Shown one piece after another: positions 40,322-54,100 of a stretch of DNA of 57,223 bases (within the stretch, counting starts at the first letter, position 1; each line of letters begins with the position of its first letter). The DNA comes from Catajapyx aquilonaris (taxonomy: Eukaryota), in contig JYFJ02002424.1 in assembly GCA_000934665.2 (NCBI GenBank), positions 1-57,223 of the forward strand, written 5' to 3'. A model generated the notes under the pieces. The model searched no databases, was not told where the DNA came from, and saw only the letters and a program-made list of their open reading frames with translations. Both the position numbers and the translations under genes were made by a program.

Positions 40322-40538
40322 GGCTACGCTTTCGTATCGAGAGACCCCACACTTTTACATATTCTCCTAGGTGTGTATCCGCTGAATGATAGGCGTGTAT
40401 CCGCTGAATGATATGCGTGTATCTGCTGAAGGATAGGAATGTATCCGCCGGGAAGGAAGATTTGGTCATGGGGTACGTTGGTGAGCGTGCCTCTACCCCT
40501 GCCACATTCGGTCCCCCATTAATATGAAAGCCCTTCCT
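40322..40538 (-). mobile_element. Dispersed repeat with internal 22-bp minisatellite (copy 2, inverted)
   Basis: Reverse complement of 25592-25828 (ggctacgctttcgtatcg.gagacccc.cacttttac...taggcgtgtatccgctgaa...cccctgccacatt), with one repeat unit fewer. Confidence 0.82.
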
Positions 40539-42854
40539 TAATGTAAGAGTTTGAAATCGTAAGGCCACAGGTGAACGAAACAAAACCCTCTCAGTACCTA
40601 CGTAGGTACATTTCGACTCACTTCAGCTCCACGTACCCTTTTAGTTTGCTACACCCTGTGCGAGACCAGCGCACAAGGGAGGTCAGGAATTGCTACAAGG
40701 TGGCCTCCTGAGAGCCCCGGAATTAATATGCAGGCTCTTATTGCGTTAGCCTAGGATGTGTGGAAGTCTGAGGGAAATGAGAATGGATGGCTGGTTGTGC
40801 GGAGCAGAAGGCGGGCGATAAATCCGGCTGGGCGCAAGGACGAGGAGTCCGGGATAATTGGGGGGAGGACGGGGGAGGACGAGGGTATGGCAATCTGGAC
40901 TGCCAACAGAGAAGAAGGCCTAGTTTGTGTTTCCAGTTATTGCATGCACACCCCTGTCAAGGCATTAGCATCATACTGCCATTTCCACACAAATGGCACT
41001 TTTCCACGCCGCTCGGGAGAAACGTGTCGCTAGGAAAAGGCAACCCGGAGCCTTTTCCTTGCCCACCTTGGCTGCCAACAGGAAGGTACATTTTGCAACT
41101 TGGTGCACTTGGCACTAATTAGGCCATTCAGGGGAGCGAAGGTTCCCCGTGGTCTTATATTCAAATGTCACCACCATGTGACAATCGACTTAATCGCACT
41201 GGCTCATGAAGTGGCCCGGACCTAGGGCTTGCTCACTAACGCGTGACGTAGAACAAGGTGGGTCGGTTGGAACAAGATATGACGCTGCAAATGGTGACAT
41301 CGTCAAATTGAATAACTATCACATCACATAATGGAGTCAGAGTTTTTTTTAAACACTGTAAAGTGATTGATACTACTACATATAGCCAGTACACCCTGAT
41401 TTCCATCCACCTTTTGAGAATCAACTAAGCGTAGTTCACTAAGCCAATAGAGAGACCCAATAATACCCTAAGTGGTCGCTCAAATTACATCCATCGGTGA
41501 ATCTCTGTTGATGTTGGCATTTCTGTGCGTCTCTTGCTACATGGCAGGCTCAACCCATTGCTATCTCATTTGCACACTTCTGCTGAGGTAGGCTTTATAC
41601 TACATTTCCGTGGACCTTGCTAACTACTAAGAGTTAGCTGTTACTAGTTACTCCTAAAAATGTACCGGTACTTGACACAAATGTGAAGACCGCATTCCCT
41701 GCATTTTAAGGCAGACAATGATTCCCTTACTGTACAGTACTATGCAGTTACGTGAAAATTTGACCACGAGTCAGATAAAAAATAATGCTGCACTACAGTG
41801 CTTCACTGTGTAGAAGAAAATACGGTATTATACTTCCACTACATAAATAGGACATGTGCTCTGCACTGAACAGTTAGAGTGAAAGGCATGCACAGGTACT
41901 TTCTTTATGATTACAGCATGTTATTCTTAAATGGCCTGCGGTGGCATCAGAGCACCAGTGTATATCAAAAGTTCATGTGGGGAAAGTTCTCGAATTGCGC
42001 AATAGCCTCACAAAACCTAGCAAAATATACAAATGTTGAGCACTAGCATATCATGGCCTCGAAATTATTACTATTATTATGTTCCCTTGAAACAAGTGTG
42101 CTCTATTCCACGAATAAAAATATTTCACGTTCATGTACAAAAAATTTATCATGCAAAATTCATTGAGCTCTGCCGGTTGCCATCATATTTTTTCATAAAC
42201 AAGCAGCGTAATCGGAGTAGCTACACATTTTGCCCACCGACCATATCTGTAGTAAGAGCAATTGGCCGGTTGGGAAAATTCGTAAATGGCGTGGGATTAA
42301 TTAATATCCATCATGCAAGTTGCGAAATCGCCTGCTGTACAACACTAGGTTAATATTTGTCTTTCTGAAAACTATTCACACACGCAGCGAAACATCCCAA
42401 ATTCCAGCCCCTTTTTTGTTTGCCTAGCATGACATTGGGTAAAATATAATGACCAACACTTGGAAGTCTATACCGTAAATGATCAGTGTGGCATAAATCC
42501 CAAAGAATGCGGCTTGCATGTAGATACAGCAACAAAAGAGTTTGCACAATCAAAAGTGTGAGTTATATGGCAAATCGATGTCAGACCCCCCTCCCCCCTT
42601 CCACCCCCTACCCTTATCACTAAAAATCAATGCCGTGAGAGGGGAGGGAGACCTTTCTCTGCATTTGATTTTCATTGCTAATGGCTCCGATATGAGCCCT
42701 TGTCATTCTTCACTAAGACTCGTTGGCGGACCAATTACAAGCTAATCAAATTATTGGAATCTGCCATAAACTAGATGCTTGATTTTTGTTTAAAAAAAGT
42801 TTAAAGAGGTTAAAAAACGCATGCTCTAGAGAGATACCATAATTTTTTACTCAC

Positions 42855-42930
42855 TAATTAATTCCGTCGTATCCAGCCCCGATTCCAACGTGCTCCACTC
42901 CTGCAACATCTCGGATGTGGTTGATGTGGT
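42855..42930 (-). CDS. DPEP1: Dipeptidase 1-like gene, coding exon D
   Basis: ttttttccag|AC CAC...AAT TA|gtgagt; 76 nt, phase 1 to 2. Encodes (D)HINHIRDVAGVEHVGIGAGYDGIN; phases match both neighbouring exons. Confidence 0.95.
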
Positions 42931-44976
42931 CTGGAAAAAAATACAAGAGAAAAAATTTACATAAGCACTATAATTATCGACTTGTTTGGATGCATTAACA
43001 CCACATTTTCCTCAGACTCTACCATCCCCTCAATATCAACACTGTAATCATGCTGGAACGTGAAATAGTGTAACATTCAGGTGGGGAGAGGAGTAGGAGG
43101 GGATAGGATGTGTCACTGGGGAAGCCCTCATTTATGAATGAGGGTCGAAATCCCACGGAGAATAGTCCTTTCCTAACCAACGTGGCATTCCGCTCGGCAT
43201 TCTGCTCATCAACAAGCGTGCTGTTTTATGCCCCCGGATGTACAGGGGGGTGAAGGGGGTGTGAGAGGGGGTGTCCATGCCGCCTTTCCCTCGGGTGTCA
43301 TCCTACTAACTGTCACACTCGGATGCTTATATTGTGGTCTGTGCCTCGCAATTCCGGTAACGCCCTGCACTCATGTATAAGCATTTTTGGGGTGGTTGGG
43401 AGGGGTGGGTGCTGCATAGGTGCGATATCAATTGGCGGAAACTGCAGGTATAAAACTTTATGCGGTGTCGTTAACGCTCGATAATTGCGTGCATTTGCGT
43501 CGTATCTGCGTTTGGGTGAACGTCGCTATGAAGAGTTTGTAGACTGGATGTAGCCCGTTGTAACGTGGCCGTCAAAGTAATGCGTGCCTAAGGTCAGAAA
43601 AAACAAAGGTTGTGGTGTAAAAATCCTAGCTTTCATAGTTTCCTCTGTGAGGCTAACGGCTACTTAAACTGCATGTGAATCTCGGTGGGACAGGCGCAGG
43701 ACTATCCAATCAAATAGCCGCGTGGCATTGTTGCTGTTCGGGGTGCAACACTTAAATTTATAGTACACCACGCTGGTTCATCCAGTGTAGTGTTATGGCA
43801 TGGCGCTGAGTGTCCCATGCTCAGAAATGGGAACCAAAATTGGGCTCAGACTATTATCTTCAGAAGGGATGTAGCGTTTACGTTATTTATAGTGTTTCAG
43901 CTCCTCTCACACCGGTATATGCCAAAATAGAAAATGATATGACACATTGACTCCCTTTCTGGGGCCTTGGTGTGTATTCTAGTCCAGGTTTGGCGTTCGG
44001 TAAAGAACTATGCGATAATGTTCCTCGAACCGTCGAGTCTTTGAGCTGACAACCATACTATCAGACGTTGCATTGTTTCACAGCAATGGAACATGGATGA
44101 TATTAAATGCAAAGAACCTTGGGCAAAAAAAGAGACCTGAAGTGCGGATCACATCAAAGGATTCACATTTTGGTCGAATTTTGTGTCTTTCACTTTCTGA
44201 AGGCCAAGTCTGTTTTATGATAGATCCATTACAGTTCTCTAGAAGAGTGTCTGAAAAAAGGGATCCCATAAGGGGGAGACAATGCAATCTTCAAACCCTT
44301 TTATCTCGAAATCTTTCCAATGTGACTCGGATCATTCTGCATTTCAGGTCTTCAAATGCATTTTGATGGCGAATCAAACTCTATTGTTCAGATTCTCTTT
44401 ATCTATTTGTGGGCCTTGTTTATGGGCAAACCCTACTGAATGATTTCCATTCATTACTGCTTTAAACATTTAATCACGGATTTAAGGAAACGGTTTCGAA
44501 CTCTTTTATATCGTCTCCACGTCAGTGGCAGTTGCTCTGAAAATATTTTTAAAATGCTTTTATCATGAATGTTTTGAGTTTAAACTAACTTTTACTAGAG
44601 GGAGACTACTAGGAAAACTTGATTAATAGGCTCTAATGCTATTGTTTTGGTCGGCAGTTGGGGCAAGCCTGATTTTCCGAGGAAAAGCCAGCCCAACGTC
44701 CAGCATGACAAATGCCTCACAAGTCTTCACTCTGCCATAGCCTCTCCCCATTTCATTTGTAACTCCGTGCAACCACAGCGAGAGAGTTCGGGCCGAAAGA
44801 TGGGGTACTTCCTCTTATGGTATGCGCAGCAGAAGCCAGATCTAAGTCGCCTAATTTAGTCATTTTGTGTAGCACAAATGGTTTGGATTACGATCATATT
44901 GGTTCTATCATTTTGTTTTCCTTGCTTTCCAACCGCATTTGTCAGACCAATCTAAAGTTCTGCAACTGTGATGGAA

Positions 44977-45136
44977 CAGTATTGGTCATATATCGAGGCA
45001 ACCGCCAGCGACATTTTCCGAAGCGGCAGAAGAAGGAGTCTTGCTCGCCAGGCTTGTAGCATGCTTATCTTCGATTCCTTCTTCTGCCGCTTCGGAAAAT
45101 GTCGCCGGCAGTTGCCTCAATATATGACCAATACTG
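44977..45136. mobile_element. Short MITE-like hairpin
   Basis: About 62 bp near-perfect TIRs cagtattggtcatatat.gaggcaac.gcc.gcgacattttccgaagcggcagaagaagga; TSD not resolved. Confidence 0.8.
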
Positions 45137-48100
45137 AACATAAAATCGCTCAGACATGATAAAGCCTATTCCAAGATTGAACTTGGGTTTCAAGCGCAAC
45201 ACCTGCAACTATTGAACTCGGAGCTCCTGTGAATGGCCGGTAATTTGGCAAGGTTGGAATGGGAGATATAGCTATGTGAAATAGGAAGTGCAGCCCTAGA
45301 CAGTACACGTTCATGCCTGTTTTTGTTAAGACACATACTGCACATTCCATTGACCTGAAGGTTTCTGAAACGCCAGGGACAACTGAGAAAAAATGACTTC
45401 TGTTTACACCCCTGGATTGCCGAACTGCTTTCAACTATTGACTCTTCTCTTACGATTTTCTCTAGGAGTACACTACCTGTATATTCGCGGGCACTGTGTA
45501 CACTACTAACTTGTTGTCTTGATGATCGCCAAGAATATTGTCTGAGCTTCTCGTATAGTCCAGACAGAGTGCTAAACTTAGGACAGGGTGCAAAAGAAGT
45601 AAAGCCGACTGTGAATTATGGCAATGCTGGACCAATTGGCCCTTTACAGGCCCTTTTCATCAATTCTGGAATCCAGATCGCTCAAGGCGGGAAACCGGTC
45701 GTGTCTTATCATCAATCGAGATCCAAATCCATCACGAAATGTAAAAGAAATCACTTCAAATGGTGGGTGCTATTTGATAATATTTGGGGTCCTCTTGTCA
45801 CTCTCAGCGAGGCAAGCTTTTTCCCACCTATGCTATGGCACGATTTTTGAGTAGTGTACGATATAAATTATAATAACTTATGTATGGTGAATAAAGTTAT
45901 TTTTTTAAGAAATATGTTTCATGTATGGAACATAATTCGCACTATACACGTAAATCGAGACAGATTTCAAGGGGGAAAAAACCAGGCGTATCTAAATATC
46001 CGATGTAGTCCCTGTACATCCTAGTTTTTAAAAGTATCATAAACCCGGAGGTTAGCTGCATTGATATCTGCCCAATGGCCATAAACCATACTTGCAACAA
46101 ATGGATTTATCGAGTTATAGGATGCAACGCCTCATTGAGAGCCTGCAGTTTTTTCTCTGCCGTCAAAAGCAATTTTATGGATCCCTTTTTACAACCTAGT
46201 GTATAACCCGGTCAAAACACTGGAGTTCTGTAGGCTATACAAGAGATCCAACCTGAAACAGAGTGTACCACACCTTGATAGACTAACACTTAGGCTGGTT
46301 GCATTGCTTGCGGTACCGTACATCAAAAATGGTGCGTTTATGCTCACAATTCATTGTTAGCAACAATAAAACAATAGCAAATAACATGAAGAAACACGCC
46401 GTTTTTGATTACCGCCAGCTGTGCAACTCGACCATAGGGAGCAGTTTATTTCATTTTAGGTTAGTGCTAATATTCAGCCAAAAAGGGAAGATAGTGGATA
46501 AAGTTGTTTGTCGTTGAGATCAGTGTACCCAACATGCATCCATATACGAAGTCAAGATCGGTAGTCATAGAGACATGAAAGTTTGTTTTCTCAAACAATA
46601 GGAAATCTAACCTAATCTAATGCTAATCTAAAATCATGGATTTCACGTTCTTATTCTTTTTCCCGGTAGTGTTAGGCCTTGACTGCCTGTATTGCAAGGT
46701 TATGATGCTGGAGGAGCGGTTGTCGATGTTGGGAAACAATAAAGCAGCTGAGGAAGAACCGACAGGTTCCAACGAAGACGACGACGCCGACATAGAAGAA
46801 ACGTGGTTTTTTTAAGCATCAAATGTTGGAAGGTACAGTAACTACTAGCCAAATAGTGTTCAGCAAATTAACATTTATAGCTGATTTTCCTGCACTGAGA
46901 GTTTCAAAAGTTTCAAATGAAGTCATCGTTGTTGTAAGTACTAAGCAAGTCGTACTAACAATGGCAGGGATAAGGTGACAGTCATTTTTAGAACTTATAT
47001 CTAAAAATCGCATTGTATTCTACTTTCCGATTTTTTTCTTCAAGTAAGTTCAAGTATTCAGTGTAAAACTACCGTGAATGTCTGGCAGTGAGCAAAATAG
47101 ATTCAGCAATTGGCTTTTCCGCATTCCGACTACGTTTTAAAGTCATATTATCATTCATGAAATGTATTGGGATATGGATAGGAGGATTTAGTGGTTCTAA
47201 TATGCAAATTAGAACACTGTAACATCGCGCAATTGAGTCAATAATATTTATAAAACCATCATTTTAACGGCACTTTGTTCTCTTACAGGCTACCAAACTC
47301 CATGCAAACAAAATTATAAGTATAAATTTGGATCAAATGTGTAGTAGGCTACAGAAGAAACCGGGAAGTATCTGCCAAGGTAGGTTTACTTCATATCAGC
47401 ACTTACTGTACGTAATTATGCGAATTTATAATTTCCCTCAGACTGGCAGGAGTGTCATACTTATGCATAATGTAACTTCTCTAAAAACTTTAAAAAAAAA
47501 TTGGTCACATGATTAGCTCGAGTGATTAATATCACCTATTCACGATTTAAATTCCAAATTTAAGAACGAGTAACCTAAATAATATTATACCGTAATTAAA
47601 TAGGTTGCGATAATGTAGCGGTTTCTCTCATTGGGTTGGACAAAAGATTTTTTCCACGTGAAATTTAATTCCCGCATGGATTCTTTACGTGCTTTGCATC
47701 CTGAATTTCTCCCTGAGGGGGGGGGGGGGGTTCTCCTCTTTCCACCCACTCTCAAAAAGGGATGAATAATCAAGTAATAAAATAATGTAACTGGTTCCCC
47801 TAACAGGTCCAATGTTATTACTTTTGTTTTACTTTTTTGTTTACTTGCAGAGTGTGGAATAATATGAAACTTGCTGTCCCAAGGCAAGACTGGAGGTGTG
47901 TGGAAAAGTGTGCAAAAGTAGATGTATTCGAGAAATGATGAACTACTCTTTGCAAAAATGAAGATATTTACCTCCTCCTCCTTCTGCAAAAATGAAGCCT
48001 ACAAAGCATGAACATTGCTAAATCAATAGTCGAATTATAGTAAAGAACAGGAATGTACGTAATAAAAATTTATATATGTGAGAGAAAATCTGAGATGCTA

Positions 48101-51100
48101 TTTTGTTTGGTTTATTTGCGTTTACGACCACAGTTTTTTTTAATGTATTACGTCTAATACATCTAAACCTATTCCTACGGTGGCCATCTGCTACGGTATA
48201 CATCTTCCTGTGAATAAACAAAAAATCCAACATCTATTCTTCCGTATGTATTTCACTACAAAATTAATGTAGTCTCTCAGCCTGCAGACACAAACTTAGA
48301 GGTGAGTCATTGTGTGAGTTACACCATTGCCTTTGTTCGATTTTCACAATGTCGGGGAGCCTTTCCTACAACCACCCACTGCCGTTGCCCATGACAACAA
48401 AACCACAGAGTGTAACCAGCCGAGGACCTGACTCCTGCTTATAACTGCACAGCAGGTAGCTCCGACTCGCTTGAGAGATCATGCAAAATGTGATGCATAT
48501 GATCTAATGCATGACAATCCTGGACACTCCAGGAAAAATACTCTCACGTAGGCCTACTTTGTTGTTGACAACAAGCATTGGTCACATATAATTTGCGATC
48601 CAAGCCAGTTATGGCCAATATTCGACTACGTGTATAGCGGCATAGTGTGAGCAGAATGCCAGATGAAGACGGTCTTGACTTGGCAACCACCGTTTCCCCC
48701 ACCCTCTCTCTCCCTTCTCCTCTATCCCATTTCCCAATTCATGGAGGTGGACTTGGCGCCATTGCGGCACCCGCGCCCAGTAAATAATGGAAGCCCCCAA
48801 TGCTCAAAATTTAATGAAAATAAGATTGCCACGGCGGCCAGCTCGGGAGTGAATCTCTAATTGAATGTGGCAGCACTGTCTGAGTGCGGCTTACTACCTC
48901 CTAAATCCTAAACTTTCGGGGAGAGATGCACTGCAACTATGCGTCCCATGACTGAATAGAGAGCTACGTGGCCTGATTCAGAAGAGACATTTTGTTCCAG
49001 GGGTGGGGAGGGGGGAAGAAAGGGATGGTTGCTGCGCCCTCCATGCGATGTTTTATGTACTCTTCAATTGTCACCAATTAGTCTGGGCTTTGATAGTGGG
49101 CTAACCTTTTGTTGTCGGCGGACCAGTCGACCATGTATTCTCCTGCTAATTGGATTGCACATTTCTTACGCATTTTGTTCACTAAACGTCGGTCCATCAG
49201 GATGGCAGTTAACGATTCACACTCTTTGAACCGGTTGATGTACTGTGGTAATGACTGTCTATATACACGTGGTAATGGATTTGTTTTCTTGTGGATCTTG
49301 CAACGTGGTCATTTTTTTTTAGATAATAATGTGAGTCCATATCAATATAGCTTCCTTCAAAATGCCTGAAATGAATGATGCTCATGGGACATTCCGCCTG
49401 ACGGGCTGGCATTTCAGTAGATGGCCAATGTTACTTTGCCTGATGGAATTACGGGTTCAAACAAATACAAATCACACAGTGCGACAGACTTTCAAAAAAA
49501 ATGGCGCTTTGGTCCAACAGTATATATATAAATGGTGTTGTAAATAATGAGCAGCAACTAGGCTCAAATAATGGTGGCAAAAAATACTCGACATATCCAA
49601 TGGCGGAAATAATTTATTGTCGCTACAAAACCGTAAATAATAGACCTGATTAAATAGTGGGAACCGTAAAGTTACTACACACTGGAGGAGGCACCACGTG
49701 GTAACCCGGAAGCGTTTACGAAAATACTGCATCTCCAGAATGTCATTAGATGCGTGTAGGAACTTTACGACTTCCACATAAAGCGCCTAAACCAGGTTGC
49801 AAATGTGGAGTAAAACAGGGACTGACGCTGGCAATCCATTGTCGTGTGCCAAGTTGGACCCACGGAAGCGGCAATACAGAACATAGCGGATGGAGTTGCC
49901 GCAGAAAAATCATACAGTAAAAATTATGGCATATTCTGCTTAAGAGCCAGTCACTAATGCGAATTAACTACAAAGTGATGCGATGGTTATTTTGCCATAA
50001 CGTGAAATGGGCTTGCTTTTTCTGATATACTTCTCTGTATAATTTTGAACAACTATTTACATATACCAAGGCCCGCAACATCAATACAACATCCAACAAA
50101 ATACAAGTTTCCTTCGTCTAAAAAGTTCTTCAGTTACAGTCTCACTGAATAGGAAAATGGCGCACGTCTTTTATGCATCGGTCGGATCCCGCCCAGAGAA
50201 AGTGTTTCATATATATTTTCTTCCATATTGAAACACTTAGGGGCAAGTCTCGAAATTCTCTTTTCCTGGCTGAAAATCAACATCTGTACTGTTTGCGAAA
50301 GGGTAGACGAACCCTCTCCCTTAATCTCTCCGGCATAGAACTCGAGGCAGCGGAATATCTCAGACGAGAGTCAAATGGGCTCCTTGGCTTTGCGATAAGT
50401 ACCCTTAATCACGCTTCCGATCAATATTTGGCGATAATATTATAGGCCAAAAACTCTCAAGGAAAAGGAAAAGGAGAAGCCGCGGCAAAAGATTCTAGAA
50501 GGGGACGAAAAGGGAAGGTCGGTTGGAGTTGCAATTTCGCTGGGATTTAGTCTCTCCTTTTCTGCTGGAAATTGTCAGCCAAGGTGCCGATGTCACATGG
50601 CACAATAAAGTTCACCAGCACACCCTTAGGACTCGTGCTAATGCATATTAATAACGTGAACTCAAAATAACCGAAAGGAAGGGAGGGAACGAGAGCTGCC
50701 TTTTTTTGTGTGTGTGCTACTGGATGTAATATGAAATCGAAATAAGACCTGGGATCGTGCTAGAAAATGGTTGAAAAAAAAGACCGCTAGTCTTCCTGCA
50801 GGCTGGAGCGGAATTGCTAAAACTTGAGCTTTAAATCGCTTTTGTACTGTATGGTGTTTTTTTTATTACATTCACTTGTGCTAGTTTTATGAAATTATTG
50901 GTCGCTTCAGAAAAATGTTTAATGGTAATGTTGCAATGACAGTAGAAAAAATGTAGTAAAAAAGTGAAACTGAAGAGGTAGATGACAAAAAAAACTCAAA
51001 ATCGATTGTAAGGTTTTTTCAGTCTCCTGAGAAAAGGAAATGAGCTTGATCGATTGATGTCATAGGATCTCTCCTAAAAAAAAAATTCTACCCTCGTTTG

Positions 51101-54100
51101 AATTCACTGCGAAGCACAGGATTTCCTATACTGTATGCACCAGTATCATCCTGCACGTGCAAGCAGATATTGTTTACTGTAATCCCAAACCGAGTTTAAA
51201 ATTCACAGGAACCTATACACTATAAAAGACTCATCACGTCTGAAAATATGCGTGATTGTATGCGTGTGAGAAACTTGAACACTTTCACTATTATCGTCAC
51301 GAGCACTCTGTTTATGCATGTCACAATATACCCACAAATCCCAGGGTTGTCGTGACGTCGTAAATACCGGACGCATTCCCAAGAGATGCTCAGTTCTGAA
51401 ATTACAAGAGCTTTTGCTTAGGAAAGTGCGAGAGACTTTATGAGGTTGCTTATGACTGTTTTAGATTTCATTACCATCATGAGTGGAGGTAGGGGTCGGA
51501 CAAGGTTCTGGTAGAGGCAGAAATGGAAGAGGGGGGGGGGGGGGNAAGTGAGCTGCGTAAACACTCCATTAGGGTTCTTCATGGAAATGCTGGGTGGAGG
51601 GAGGGGGTTTTGAGGGAAATTGTGTTTCGAGGGGGTAGGGAGGAGCGGGGTCATTCGGTTTAATGGTGCGCCCCGGCTTTAATATATGCAAACCGTAAGC
51701 AAATGGACTACGGATTTGAGGCGTGTTATTATTTTGCGGGAGAGGAAGTGGCTGGGATGAGAAATACAGGGGATGCGGACAAGATGGGGAAGGAAGCTTT
51801 CTTTTTACATCTCAGGGATTATTGCGTTCGACTAAGTGAAGAGACATCGGAAAACGGGGAGGATGGAAGGGACAAAAACAACCCTCGACAAGTTTCTTTC
51901 AGAGTGAAGGACTCCTGTGGATGGGTTGCCTTTGTCAGGGTCTGTATGTCGTTTGATGTGATCAATGAATGGCGGTGGTGCTCAGGCCTTTCAACATGAC
52001 GGCAAGTGGTGCCGGAAGATCGCGCCCTGCACGACTGGCGGAATGGGCTAAAGCTGGGTGCACAATGTCCAATCCGAATGGTAATCTAGGTCGGGGTCCA
52101 TGTGAGGCTGGCTCACCGGTCTAACTAGGTCAGCCACCTTGGTCTGGTCCTACGGCGCCTACGAATGCACCTTGTTATCATCAAATCTGTAAATTGAGGT
52201 TTCGTTTGTTTTCTTAATGGTAATGATCAAAATGGCGGTGGCTGCTTATGTCTGATAAATAATTAGAGTATAATTACGTAGAGTATAATGTAAGTAGATA
52301 TTTTCCCGTACGTGCTTTGAGTCGAACTGTCATTTGTGCTACGGTATCAGTTAAAATTCCGGACGATATCGTCCGTGACATACATCATTTTGGATCGTAA
52401 CTGTAACGCAATAGGCCCTACGTGTCTGGAAAGCTCATGTATGACTGGAATGATGTCACAAAGGAGAGAAATGAATTTAATGAAATTGGCAATTGGCAAA
52501 GTACTCTATGATACTGCCTGCTAGCGAGGTCCAAAATGGCATATATTTATGAAAGTGGTTGGCCCGCTTCTTTGATCAATCACCCTTACTGATATGTAGG
52601 ACCAAAACGAGGGACACGGAGGTAGTTTTGGCTTGACATTTTTTGATTGGTAGAGGCCAAATCGTTAAGTACTGTTACATTAAGAGGAGCCCGATGTAAA
52701 ATGAAAAAAAATGGTCCCAATCCACTTAGCAAATTCAAAAGGGTACAATACACCTTTCGACCCCAGATATGAAGCAGGCACTTGAATTGGGACTCCCAAA
52801 TTTTCATGAGCTGGTAGGCTTCTCTATATACACTTGGGTCACATCAGACGGATGTCTCCGATACGGTCAATATTGCATCTTCTTCCCTAATAAATATTGT
52901 TGCTAGAGTAAAATAAGTAGGCCACCTAACATTGCATTGGGTCAAAGCGACCAGGTTTACACGCTCAAAATCGGTGGCAGAGAATGCCTTTATGACCAAG
53001 GCAGCACCTTGGGCACGACATTGAATATTCATCCCATGATTTATGTGAGCTCGGTACTTACGTGAGACAACAAACCTTACTTAAACTCATCTCTTTAGAA
53101 ACTTTTTGGCCGGACGTGTAATATCAGTTTGGAAAATGACCTGTTATTTCCGAACAATTTGGTCCTCGCCTACCTTCCTCTGACCTGCAAGCGGAATTTT
53201 CTTGGATATCTTCAGTCACGCCATCCTGTCAGTACATTTCCCAAAGTATAGGAGTTGCCTGTCAGAGCCCCCTAGCCCCTGGGAACTTAATCTGGACATG
53301 CAAGCTGTTCATTAAAACGAACGAGACAGGAAATGCGAGAGCATGGAATAAGTGCCAGCAAACGTGTTACTTGATGTCGGATCCTCATTATGTCAAAGTA
53401 TTGGTCAGAGAGACAATGTCAGATTGCAAGGCACAATGGATTACAAGGTTGATGTCTTACAGCGTGTCAGGATGCAGAGCGTGCAAAGACCACGTGAGAT
53501 TATATGGTACGACATCCGTTTCAGTTTTTGGGAAAAAATTATTTCTAGTCAGGTATATCGCAGGACCTGCACAATATATTGCTGATAAGGCAAACTGACC
53601 CTCACCTAATGAAGACGTGATGCATAGCATGCAATCATTCCAGACATTATAAAAAATGATATACGTCCATTTTCATAACGATCTCACTAATAATGGTCAT
53701 GACAAAAGTTGCTTAGAATCCTGTTCGTTAGTTTAGTTCTTCGCAATCGACAGTGGGCCTGCAGGAATTTCAAACAAAAATTGCACTCCATGCATTGTGT
53801 TCATGTCCTGATAACACTGCGGCACACTTTTCTGCGTGAAATAATAACCCTCTGCAAGCGTAACCTTTCGCAAAAAAAAGTCCCAATACCTAACGATAAG
53901 CCGCTTGCAGCTCCAAGAGATGCGAACGCTAATGGAGGCGAAGAGAAGCGAGTACAACCTAGGGATTTGTGGATGGGTTTGGAAAAAAAAATTATTTTGA
54001 AAAAAACTGGAGGAAGAGGGTGGACTGCGAGTGAATAATATTCATGGCATGAGGCTGAAGGGGGTTGGGGGAAACAATAGCACCCCCTCCCTACAACCAC

